From contig NW_005434489.1 of the NCBI RefSeq assembly GCF_000315625.1, forward strand, positions 1-64,000: a DNA stretch of 64,000 nucleotides, written 5' to 3'. Source of the DNA: Guillardia theta CCMP2712. Lineage: Eukaryota > Protista > Cryptophyta. The position numbers were made by a program, and so were the translations under genes. The stretch's first letter is position 1. Each line of letters starts with the position of its first letter. This document shows, in pieces, positions 1 to 11,025 of this stretch. The notes beneath the pieces were generated by a model that saw nothing but the letters and a program-made list of their open reading frames with translations, ran no database searches and had not been told where the DNA came from.

Positions 1-271
1 GCGACACCCTCGCACTCCTCTGATCTAGCAGGCGAAGACGAGCGAGGAAGCCGCGAACACGTCCAGCTATGCTCGAGCTGGCAGTGACCATCCTAGAGAA
101 GAGCTGGGGAAGAGCAGAAGTGAGAGAAAGATAAGGGAGGAGGAGGGGAGGAGGAGGAGGAGGAGGAGGAGGAGGGAAGGAGGAGGGAAGGAGGAGGGGA
201 AGAGGAGGGGAAGAGGAGGGGAGGACGAGGGGAGGACGAGGACGAGGACGAGGACGAGGACAAGGACGATG

Positions 272-304
<33 letters not shown>

Positions 305-3170
305 GGGAAGACATTAGCAGGAGAGAAGAGAGGACGGGGGAGGAGGAGAAGAGAGAGAGAGGATGAGGAAAGAAAAGGGAGGAGGAGGGAGGAGGTAGAG
401 AAGGTGAGGAGGACCATAAGGGTTGAGTGGGGGAAGCGAAAGGGGGGCAGGAGCGAAGGGAAACGAGTGAGAAGAGGAGAGATGAACAAAATAGAGGAGA
501 GAGTTGAGAGGAGGAGAGAGGAGGAGAGAGGAGGAGAGAGGAAGAGAGAGGAAGAGAGAGGAAGAGAGAGGAGGAGAGAGAAGAGGAAGGGAGACGCGAG
601 GGGGGAGTTATGGAGGAGAAAGTAGAAGTTAACACATTTTCAAGTCTTGTAGCTTTCAATTGCTTCCTCCTCCGATGGGTTCGGAAACATTTCTGGATGA
701 CAGAAGCAGCACGTGACCTTCGACTGTACTCCATTCTCTGCACCCGCATGTCAACAACCCTCATCCCGTCCTCTCCTCTCCTCTCCTGCCCCCTTCGTCT
801 TCGCTCTCCTCCTCCTCCTCTTCCCCTTCATCCTCCTCCTCTCCTCACCTTCAGCTGCACACTTTTCCTCCTACGTGCTCCGCTACATCTCCACGCCAGC
901 TGCAGGAGGACGGCCGATGCTTCTCGCTGCTCCTCCAACAAAGCAGAGGCATCCTGACCCTCCTGCTCCCGCGCTCCAGGGTCTGTTTCCTCCTCCTTCC
1001 GCCCGCCGTCTCCTCGCTCCTCCCCCTCCTCCTTCACATCCCCGTCAACCTTCTCCTTCCTCCTCCACATCAACATCACCTGCATCTTTGCTGCCTCCCC
1101 CGCCCCCGCTGAAGGAACTGCTCCCGCACTCTCCTCGTGCTGCCCGGACAGTTCCTCGCCTCCCCCTCTATCAAGCTCGACTCCTCCTCCTTCTCCTCCT
1201 TGTCCCTCAATCTCCTGCTCTTCTCCTCCTCCTACTTCTCTTTCTCCTCTCCCGCCTCCTAGATGCTCCTGCGAGGCTTTCCCTGTCTCACCCCTCTCCT
1301 CAAAACTAACATCCTCACTCGACCGACGGGCCTCCTCTGCCTCCTCCTTCCCGCCTCCTCTTCCTCCTCCTCCTACCTCCTCTCCCTCGCTCTTCTCCCT
1401 CCTTCCCTCCTCCTGTGTGCCCTCCTGCCTTGCTTCCTCCTCCGCGCTCCTTCGTCCTTGAAACGTCTCTTCCTCCTCCGCCTCCGAAGAAAGCACGTTG
1501 ACGAGCCTCTCGGACCGTCTGGGCAAGATCGTCAGGGAAATTGAGGAGACGAGAGGGGAAGGGAGAGAGGAGGGAGAGAGCGGGGGTGGGGGGAGAGAAA
1601 AGGGAGCAGCAAAGGATGGAAGAGGAGGGGTAGGGGGAGGAGGGGGAGCTAGAACAGGAAAGAAAAAGAGGAAAAGAAATAGACAGAGACAGGAAGGAAA
1701 GGAAGACGAGGAGGAGAAAGCGGAGGAAGAGGAGGAAGAGGAGGAGGAGGAGAGGTGGGGGAGGAGGAGGAGTAGAGGTGGGGGAGGAGGAGCAGGAGCA
1801 GGAGGAGCAGGAGAGGTGGGGGGAAGGGAGGAGGAAGGGGAGGAGGAGGAGGAGGAGGAGAAGTACTTGGAGCCAGTGACCAATCGGAGCTGCATGGTGC
1901 GAGAAGGGGAGAGGAGCGCGTCGGAGGCGGCGCTGCGGTAGCTGAGGTCGGTTGAGAGGCGATAGTCTACTCCATGCTCATCGAGGTAGAAGAGTTGAAA
2001 CCTCTCCTGCAACGACAAGTCGTACTCCAGCCGCAGCTGCAAGGGAGGGAGAATGAGTGACCAACGCAGAGAGAGAGGAGGAGGGGGAAAGAGGAGAGGA
2101 GAGGAGAGGAGAGGAGAGAAGAGAAGAGAAGAGGACAGGACAGGACAGGACAGGAAGAACAGGACAGGAAGAACGGGAATCTGAAGAGGAGGTGAACTGA
2201 CCTGCTCGCAGACTTGTTCGAAGGAGGCGGAGCGAGATAAAAGTAGCTTCTTCATGCCGAACGAGCCCTCAACCTGACACCGTACCACCTCCTGCTGCTG
2301 CTTGACCTGGAGCAGGAGGGACCCGTCCAGCAAAGAGGAGGAAAGACCGGTAGTCTGCTCCTCCAAGCTCGAAATGCGGGACTGCAACTGCCATGAAGCG
2401 CTCAAAAGAAACAAAACAGCAGAAGAAAAGCGCAGGGCGGGAGCAGGAGCAGAAGCAGCAGGAGCAGCAGGAGCAGCAGCAAGAGCAGGAGCAGCAGCAG
2501 CAGCAGCACACGGCCTCAGCATACCTCAGTCAAGAGCTGTTCGTTGTTCAGTTCCAGCTCGTTGATCGTCACTCTCGGCTTCATCCGCTCCTGGGCAGGG
2601 GATGTTCCTCCTCTCTTCTTCCTCTCGCTCTTGCTCCTCCCCTGCTCCTGCGCGCCTGCCTCCTCCTCCAGGTGATACTCCTCATCCACATCAAACAGCA
2701 GCTCCTTCAGCGTCCGAGGCGATCGTGATGCTCTCGGAGGAGCGGTCTTGCTCTTCCGTGAAGTACTCCCTCCTTGCCGCAAGTAGCCTCCTCCTCCCTC
2801 CCCGTCTAGCCCTTGCCCGTCCCCGTCCCCGTCCCCGTCCCCCCTCCCCTCTCCCTCCTCTCCCTCCTCCTCCCTCTCTCCACGAGTCTGCACGCGGAGG
2901 TACTGGGAACGAGCATCGAAGACAGGGATGGAGCTGCTGGTACCTCCCAGCTCCTCCTCCTCCTCTCCTCGCATGCTCCTCAAAGTCTGCGACAGTGAGA
3001 CCGTCCGAGGATGTTCCGGGCCCCACGTTTGCTCTGCCGTCTCCATGAGATGCTGCAATAGCCTTGCAGCTCGTACTGCTCACCTGCCGCAGCCTTCGCT
3101 TGCTCGTACATCGCCGCTGCTTCTCGCTGCCAGACAACGGGTCAAGAAGACGAGGACAAGGACAAGGACA

Positions 3171-3231
<61 letters not shown>

Positions 3232-4145
3232 ATAGGAGAAAGGAGTTAGGTCGGACTCACCGTCTTCCCAAGGAATTCGTACTCGACTGCCGCATTGTAT
3301 CGGGCAGCTACGAGGAGGGAGGCGTCTTGCTCTGAGAGTCTCGTCAGCTTCATCGGCAGAGCGAGCAGCGAGCTTCACGTCTCCTCGACTTGAGCGAGGA
3401 GGAAGGCTTCTTGCTGTTGACCGCTGCACCGCATGCGGCAGTCAGGAGCACGCGGGGGGACGGAATGCGACAAGGAGGAAGAGGAGGAGGGAAAGGGCCC
3501 ATGTGAATCGCTCGTCACCTCTCTCTAGCAGCTGAAGGGCACAGTCGATATGCTCCAAGGCAGCACGGTGTTTCGACAGCTGAGGAGAGGAGAGAGGTCA
3601 GAGGAAGCAGCCTCTGCGGGTTGTTCCAACACCTGTGACAGTACAGCGGCAATGTTGAGGTGAGTGGCTGCTGGGTTGTCGACCTCGCTGCAAGACATCT
3701 CGATCCACAGAGCTCTGTCCAGTGCCTTTAGCGCGGAATGCAGGCTTCCTCTCGCCCTGGACACCATGGTGCTGTCAAGAAGGAATTTTTCATCAAGTGC
3801 ACAATACCTGTAGAAGCATCCGAGGTTGTTGTAGGTGACAGCAAGCAGCCTGCTCTTGACCTCCTTGTTCCTCAACAAACTTTTCTCTCCTGCCAGTCTC
3901 TCTGCTTTCCTCAGAAGCTCCCATGCCACCTCCATGCCCCCTGATCGCACTGCCGCCATGCTGAGTCCATTGTAGCTCATGACAAGGACTTGCAGGGACC
4001 TCTGGACATCAGGGTGGTCGATGCCGAGAGTCTCTCTGCGGAGGAGGGACGTCTTCTCGAGGAGGAGGAGAGCTTGCAAGTTCTTGCCCTGCTCTACCAG
4101 CTCGGCATACTCCTCGTCCATGGCGTCTAGTCTTGACATCGCCAT
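1..4145 (-). CDS. Multi-exon TPR + PB1 + IQ-motif protein (runs off the left edge; could be two genes)
   Basis: Spliced TPR-like helices (LAVTYNNLGCFYR, AATHLNIAAVLSQ, VAARYNAAVEYEFLG, WGPEHPRT); PB1-like segment ~2300-1870 (FQLFYLDEHGVDYRL); IQ-like motifs AASVIQKCFRTHRRR (~700) and IAGRVRGFLAR (~30-70); GT-AG introns. Confidence 0.65.
3149..3230. repeat. (GAGGAC)n hexanucleotide microsatellite inside an intron
   Basis: Visible tandem repeat; the same unit recurs at ~230-265, 31882-31980 and 33705-33775. Confidence 0.9.
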
Positions 4146-4269
4146 GTCCTCCCATCAACGGACCGCAGTCCCTGAAACTTGGAAACTTACAGGGAAAGTT
4201 AGGACCCTGGAACTTTGGGTGAGGGAGTTTCAAAGTTTGTGAAGTTTGAAACTTTCAGGGGTTTTCTCC

Positions 4270-4500
4270 ACCTGTACCCCCTACTACCTTCACCCATATG
4301 TCTTGACAACCAGTACCCCCTCGAATAACCCATCAGGATCTGAATAGACCCCTACCTCAATTTTTGCATTGTAGTACCCCGTATTAGAATGATTAAAGTA
4401 CCCCTATTGAGAAAATTGATCAATAAAATGAGCGGGGGTGTATACCCCCACCCCAGAGTTCTAGCTTTCAGAGAACCCCCACCCCTCTAGCCACTCCCCT
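4270..4500. promoter_or_regulatory. GTACCCC/CACCCC motif cluster between divergent genes (putative promoter)
   Basis: GTACCCC at 4274, 4313, 4374 and 4398; lies between the 5' ends of the TPR gene (-) and the TLC gene (+). Confidence 0.55.
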
Positions 4501-4964
4501 CAGTCTACGCGGCCGCCGTGCGATGCAAGGTACGGGTACAGGACGTGGAAGGGGAAGGGGGAGAGGAGAGGAGGAGGAGGAGAGGAGGAGGAGGAGGAGG
4601 AGGACTCGTAGTCAGAAGTGGTGATACGGCAGATATGGACAAAGAAGGCAGCAGAAGAGCAGAAGAAGGTCGGAGGAGGAGGAGGAAGGAGGAAGGAGGG
4701 AGACAGGGTATTTCAAAGGATACATTGGAGCGAGGGCGGAACAAGAGAGTATGTTCTGTCACACAAGAGATCTAGATGAGAGGAGAAGAGAAGAGAAATT
4801 CTTTCGGATCTCAGTCGAAGCAAGGTGATCTTGATGTATCGTACGGGTCTGAAACAATGTGTGGAGCGAACAGTTGGGAATCACAGCTCTTATCTGATCT
4901 ATTGAAGTTTGTACCTCCATCCACTGACTCATCTCCTCCATGCAGAATCTTCCTGTCACTTGTG

Positions 4965-6230
4965 ATGATTCACTCTTGCAAGAGCTCCTCCACATCGTGT
5001 TTTCTTAGGTCAGGAGTGTTGTTCCTAGCTGGCCTTGCGCTCCTCCCCACCTCCTCCTCTCTCCCGCGATCCTCTCAGGACATGATCTTCCCCCAATGGC
5101 GCCCCCACTCGCTCAGAGGAGGAAGCGCCGGCCATCACAAGAAACGAGAAGCGGATCCGCCAGCAGAGGCTACTCCGAACACATCCAACAGGACAGCCAA
5201 CTTCCTGAGAGCCGCCGCCCCTGTTGCCTCCTGCTACGCAGAGAGGAAGAGGCAGAGCTTGTCATGGCAGCCGTCCCCGGCCTCAGACTTGCACGACAAC
5301 GTGAACTTGATCGCGCTCTTCCTGCTCGGGGGAGGAGCGATCGCTGCTCTGGCGCTGCAGGACCGCAACATGCATGACCTGCTCACAGTGTCCGGCTTCG
5401 TGTACATCCTCCTCGACTCGGTCTGGATCTTCTCCCAGCCCAAGATCGTGAAGAGCCCGGGGATGGTGGGATCGCATCATATCGCCACGCTCCTGGTCCT
5501 CCTCGATCCCCTGCTGCAGCCGAAGCATCGGGTCTACACGTCTGCATGCCTACTGGTAGAGATCAACACGCTGCTGCTGCTGCTGAGGAGGAGGGTGTCA
5601 TACTCTGCGATCGTCGAAGTTCCCTTCATCTTGACCTGGGTGCTCCTGCGGAACATCTGGTACAGTCGTGCTTGCCAATATCCTCATCCCCTCCTCTCTT
5701 TCTCCCCCTCGCCTTCCTCCAATCTTCCTCCTCTTTCCCCCTCGTCCCCCCTCTCCAACACACCCAACACTTCCGTCCTCCTTCGTCATCCTCACTCGCT
5801 CACTCACTTGCTGCCTATCTACTTATCCTTGTTCTCTCCTGCCTCCTCCTTGACTGCCTCCGTCAGGTACCCGCTCCTCATGTTCTACTTCTTTCTCTGC
5901 TTTTCTCCGAGCACATTCATCCCCCTCCTCCCCTCGTCGCTCTCCTGGGTGATCGAGATGAGGACGAAGATCGAGCTCCGTAATCCCGTTCCCATGATGG
6001 GCGTCTCGCTCCTGTACTTGCTCCTGCTCCTCCTCCTCCCCTCCGCTCTCCTGACGCTCCCTGCCAGCTCCTGGGCCATGGTATGCATATTTCAGTTCTA
6101 CTGGACAGCACAGGTCAGGATTGTCCTGCTTGGCTCTCGGCTGACGTGTGCTCAGCTCTTCAGCGCTCACCCGTGGATCTGGGGAAGGAGGAAGCCAACG
6201 GCCAACGGCAAGGAGAAGAAGTACTTGTGA
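4965..6230 (+). CDS. TLC (TRAM-LAG1-CLN8) domain membrane protein; start uncertain
   Basis: Motifs YILLDSVW, HHIAT, LLVEINT, TWVLLRNIWYP; several TM segments; introns 5660-5866, 6014-6067, 6114-6155. Confidence 0.75.
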   Translation: MIHSCKSSSTSCFLRSGVLFLAGLALLPTSSSLPRSSQDMIFPQWRPHSLRGGSAGHHKKREADPPAEATPNTSNRTANFLRAAAPVASCYAERKRQSLSWQPSPASDLHDNVNLIALFLLGGGAIAALALQDRNMHDLLTVSGFVYILLDSVWIFSQPKIVKSPGMVGSHHIATLLVLLDPLLQPKHRVYTSACLLVEINTLLLLLRRRVSYSAIVEVPFILTWVLLRNIWYSRACQYPHPLLSFSPSPSSNLPPLSPSSPLSNTPNTSVLLRHPHSLTHLLPIYLSLFSPASSLTASVRYPLLMFYFFLCFSPSTFIPLLPSSLSWVIEMRTKIELRNPVPMMGVSLLYLLLLLLLPSALLTLPASSWAMVCIFQFYWTAQVRIVLLGSRLTCAQLFSAHPWIWGRRKPTANGKEKKYL

Positions 6231-6435
6231 GCACTCCTAGAGGGCCGACGACGAGGATGCTGCGATCGTTGACGGACGCAGCGGGGGGAGGCTGGCGGAG
6301 GAGGCAGAGGAGGGAAGTGGAGGAAGGCAATGGCGGCGGTGGGCTATGAAGATGTTGGATGCGAGGACGGGAAGGAGGAGGAGGGGAGGAGGTGGTGGGT
6401 AAGGAGGAGAAAGTGAGCGGCTAGTTGGTCTAGCA

Positions 6436-6906
6436 TTATTTTTTCTTGTTTTCAGTGGTTAACTGTTTGTCGGCTGACCTTGCACATGTCGCTATGTTAC
6501 AGCAGCTACAACTCGCACCTGACGTTGATGTTCATGGCTGCGAGCTCTGCAAGAAGATACCTGCTCGAACAAGTCAGAGGCGTGAGGGGGGGGGGTATGA
6601 GGAGAAACAATGGGGAGGGGAAGAGGAGGAGAGAACGAGAGGCTGGGCAAGAAGGAGTAGATGAAGGACGGGGGGAGGAAGGAGTACAGCTACAGCTGTA
6701 TTGGAAGCAAGACGAGGGGGGGGGGGGTGTGGAATGTCACCGGAAGACGAAGGGAACGGCGACACAGGAGACGGAGGCTCCTGTCTTGCATTTGTGGCAG
6801 TAGAGCCGCTGCTTTCCTCGTTGCCTTCCTGCTCCTGCAGAGTTGTCAGCTGTGGAGCTGGACGTATGGAGGAAGAAGGAGGGGGGGAGGCGGCGGCGGC
6901 GGCGGC

Positions 6907-6967
<61 letters not shown>

Positions 6968-9900
6968 TAGTGAGTGAGGTGGGAGGACCTGGAGTGAGAA
7001 TCTCCTCGGGGGNNNNNNNNNNNNNNNNNNNNNNNNNNNNNNNNNNNNNNNNNNNNNNNNNNNNNNNNNNNNNNNNNNNNNNNNNNNNNNNNNNNNNNNN
7101 NNNNNNNNNNNNGTCAGATCCCCGCGGCCTCCTCCTCATCCTCCTCCTCCTCCTCCTCCTCCTCCTCCTCCTCCTCCTCCTCCTCCTCCTCCTCCTCCTC
7201 CTCCTCCTCCTCCTCCTCCTCTCCTTCCACCCTTGTCAGCTCCTGCTCCCCTTGCTACATCCTCTTTTCATCTCCTCTAGAATCATCCTTCCATTCCACT
7301 AACCCCCCCATCCACCTAACCCTGCTGTTTCTCCCTCTTCGTCTCCTCCTCACCTCAGCAGGAACGACGCGCCGTGAGCAAGCAGCCCATCCCTCTCCAT
7401 TTCCCCGAACCTCACTCCTCCTCCGGCCTTCCTCCCCTTCACCGGCTGCCGCGTGTACTTGTTGACGGGCCCGGTGGCTCGGCACTGGTACTTGTCCGAC
7501 ACCATGTGGCGCAGACGCTGATAGTAGACGAGGCCCATGAAGATCTGCGCCTCCATCATCATTCCGCTCACTCCGCTGTAGAGCACTTCCGTCCCGTGGT
7601 AGTTGTACCCTGCTGCTCGCAGCTGCTCCCCGAAGTGATCGATCGCCCGCGTCTCCTCGTCGAAGCGGAAGGGCGTCGAGTCCGGGAAGTAGCCGTGCAT
7701 GGCCCCGGCCTTGCCTGCCATGCTCTCGACGAGCATCCCGATGGTCATGCGGGAGGGAAAGGCGTTGGGGTTGATGATCACGTCGGGCGTCATGCCGGTC
7801 TCCGAGAAGGGCATGTTCTCCTGCGGCCATAGCGTGCTCAGCACGCCCTTCTGCCCGTGGCGGGATGAGAACTTATCGCCGATCACGGGCCTCCTGTCGT
7901 ACCGCAGCTTGATGCTGATTTTCTGCAGCGGCTTCGTGGGCCCGTCCCCCAGCAGCCGCACCGCGTCCACCTGCACGGCCTCGGCGCTCTTGTGCATGAC
8001 GCACTTACTCCTCCCCGTTGCAGGGTCGACGGAGCGGTAGAGCTCCTGCCCCTGCTGCAGGATGCTTCCAACCTGCGGCAGCCCGTCCCCGTCCAAGTGG
8101 TCCACGTACGAGTCGTCCTTGGGGTTATCAAACCTGCTGCCGGGAGGAGCTGACTTGGTCAGGTCAACGATGGTAGTGGTGTACACGTGCCCGTTGCCGA
8201 AGCCGCGGTCGTAGGCGCCCTTGTTGATGATCATGGCGTCCTCCATGTCGAACCCGGTGTAGGAGATGACGGCAACCACCGCGTTCGTCCCCGTCGGGTA
8301 GTCATCCATCCTCAGATTGTCCTGCGCCTGGTTCCGCACGAGCGGCACCTGCGGGGTGAGGATGCGGTAGACCTTGTTGTCCACCCTCTCATTGTAGGCG
8401 TACATGGGGGTCCCCATGGTCTGCTTGCCCATCTGGCACTGGTACATGTTGCGGGGGGACTGGTTCATGTCCGAGAAGGGAGTGCACTGGGCCACCACCG
8501 ACAGCATGTTCATGGGGCTCAACTCCATGTGCGTGTGCTGCCTCGGCCGGACCTCCTTCCCCATCACCGCGATCTCCATGTGGATCTGCTCAAAGGTTCC
8601 GATCCACTCGTGCTGCCCGCTCGAGAGCTGCCGCACCGGCCGCATCATCCTCGCCGGGGTGGTGAACAGGAACACGCCCGGCCACAGCCCGTTGGTCCTG
8701 GGAGGAACGTGTGCGATCTCAAGGAACTCGGGTATCCCCCGCAGCCCCTCCGCCTTGAGCAGCCGCATCCTCCCTACCAGCTGCACAGCCTCCTGCGCTC
8801 CGACTCGCCCTATCATCCTGCCGTCCAGCATGATAGGCAGCGCCTCCCTCCCCATCACCACCGGCAGCCCTCCGGCAGAGACCGGGGAGGCTCCGAGGGT
8901 GAGAACCGCGTCCTCGACGGCCTTGAGGGCGGCAGGAGGGACGAAGTGAGAGTGGAGAGTGCAGACGGAGGTCAGGTGGTTGAGGAGCCCGCAGGGCCCT
9001 CCGTCAGGAGTGTGAACGGGGCACACGAAGCCCCAGGACTCCGGCAGCAGCTTGCGGACGGCGGTGGACTTCATGGTTGTGAAGAACTGACCCCTGTGGA
9101 TGCTGCGGAAGTGAGAGAGGTATCGGAGGAAGTTGAGGCGCTCGGCAACGATAGTGTAGCCGGAGACTTGGGAGAGGTCAAGCCCGGTCTGAGAGACTAG
9201 GTTGCCCGTCGACATGAAGTACTCGATCTTCCTCCCGATGTCGACCGGGTTCCTCATCAGCAGCGACTCGATGTAGCTCTGGTCGGCGAGATTGACCTGG
9301 GAGGCGAAGGAGGAGCCGGGCCGCTGGTCCTTGAGGAAGACGTCCTGTATGCCTGCAAGGTAGTCTTGCAGCTTCTCCTTCACCATCATCGTCATTAAGT
9401 GCCCGGGCAGCAGGACCTCCTGACAGTGCAGCGAGTCCGGGCTGTCGGGCTGGATCGCTCCGCTCACGAGGGCGTAGAGCTTCTGCATCATGACCACAAG
9501 GCAGTTCCACTTGTCCTCGTCCGAGTCGAGGTGGATGAAGAAGTAGTTGTCAAGAAGCTTCTGCCCGATCTCAACGTCGGAGACGTCGTCGGGGAGGTAC
9601 AGGGATCGGATCAGCACGACGCGGAACCTCTGGCCCAGGTAGCCCAGGAAGTCCTCCTTCGTCCTCAGCCCGATGTACTTGGTGGAGTCTCGCAGAGCGA
9701 CCTCGATGCGATCGGAGACGAAGGTGTTGGTCGCGTCTCCTTGAACCACGTTGGTGAAGATCTGCTCGTCGGAGCTCCCGGTCATGGCCTTGAGAATCAT
9801 GACTGCGGGGATCAGGTACTCTTGCTTCCTGATCTTGACGCTCAGCGTGCAGTTCCCGGTTGACAGGTAGTGGAGGGTGAGGGTCGAGCCAGACTGGTCC

Positions 9901-10520
9901 TCCCTTACACAACGCATCATGCAGCCAAACTTGGTATAGGAGCTTCCTCTCTTGGTGAAGCTCGGGCGGATCAGGGCCATGGGGTAGTTCCTCCTCATCA
10001 AGCTGAGCAGGCGGATAACCTTCTCGTTGCCGTTGGCGATGAAGTAGCCCCCGAACTCGAACGGCTCCTCTCCGTGCTGCATCAGCTGCTTCTGGCTCAT
10101 CCCTTGCAAGTGGCAACGCTGTGATCGCGTCATGATCGGCAGCTCCCCGAGCTTGCGGTCGATCTCGATCGGCTCAGCTCCCTCCAGCCTCACGGCGATG
10201 GTGGCGTACAGCGGCGCCTTGTACGTCAGCCGTAGCTCTCTGCATTCCTTGGGTAACAGTCGACGATCAGCACAGTCGTCAGGCTTGACGGGGCTGGACA
10301 GCCTGACGCTGGTGATGGAGCAGAAGATTCTGAGCCCTCCTTCTCCTGGTCCAACACAAACAGGGAGGAGACGCTGGACTGCTGCTGAAAGACCCTCGGT
10401 AAGGAAATAGTTGTAAGACTCCACATGCGGGGCTGCGAGGTGCGCCCTAACGTCCTCCTCTTCCTTCTTCGACTTCTTTGGGGTCATGCGCTTAGCCTTC
10501 GCAGCGCTCCCCTCCTTCAT
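6436..10520 (-). CDS. RPA2: DNA-directed RNA polymerase I second-largest subunit
   Basis: GGYFIANGNEK, GFVCPVHTPDGGPCGL, NQSPRNMYQCQMGKQ, GDKFSSRHGQKG, YYQRLRHMVSDK, GGVRFGEMERD; 3' exons YCHKCK..VPFVFR and YLLAELAAMNI at ~6850-6510; one exon probably lost in gap 7013-7112; possible short upstream exon (ATG ~10615). Confidence 0.96.
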
Positions 10521-11025
10521 CCTCCCTATCCTGAAGACACGGATCGTCAGAACAAGCTTGAAAGGCCTCCTCTACCGGTGCTGCCCTCGCACCCTCCTGG
10601 GTTCCTCCTGAACATCGTCCAATTTATTGCACCTCCTAAACTCCTAGAGCTCTGGCTCTGACTTGCACAAGTCTCCTCCTCTGCTCATCGTCGCCTGCCT
10701 TCACTCTGATGCATCCCCCCCCCCCCCCCCCCCCGGGGGGAAGATTTTTATTATTTGCGCGAAAAAGAGTATGTAGCTNNNNNNNNNNNNNNNNNNNNNN
10801 NNNNNNNNNNNNNNNNNNNNNNNNNNNNNNNNNNNNNNNNNNNNNNNNNNNNNNNNNNNNNNNNNNNNNNNNNNNNNNCCGGTCTCATCTCGCCATTGCG
10901 GCACGTGCAGTTAACTAAAACTGAGTGGGCTGACAATCCGGGACTGTGAGGGGATGAGGGGCGGTGAGGTCTGCGTACTTGACTAGTAAACGCAAGTTCA
11001 TGGCTGAACGGACAACCTAGTCATG

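Noticed and set aside
67-1941. Many overlapping poly-S/L/P/E/R ORFs
   Set aside because: Translations of GAG/CTC-rich introns and antisense frames of the real minus-strand gene
7374-10410. Long plus-strand ORFs (up to 337 aa) opposite RPA2
   Set aside because: Antisense shadows expected from high GC3 coding sequence
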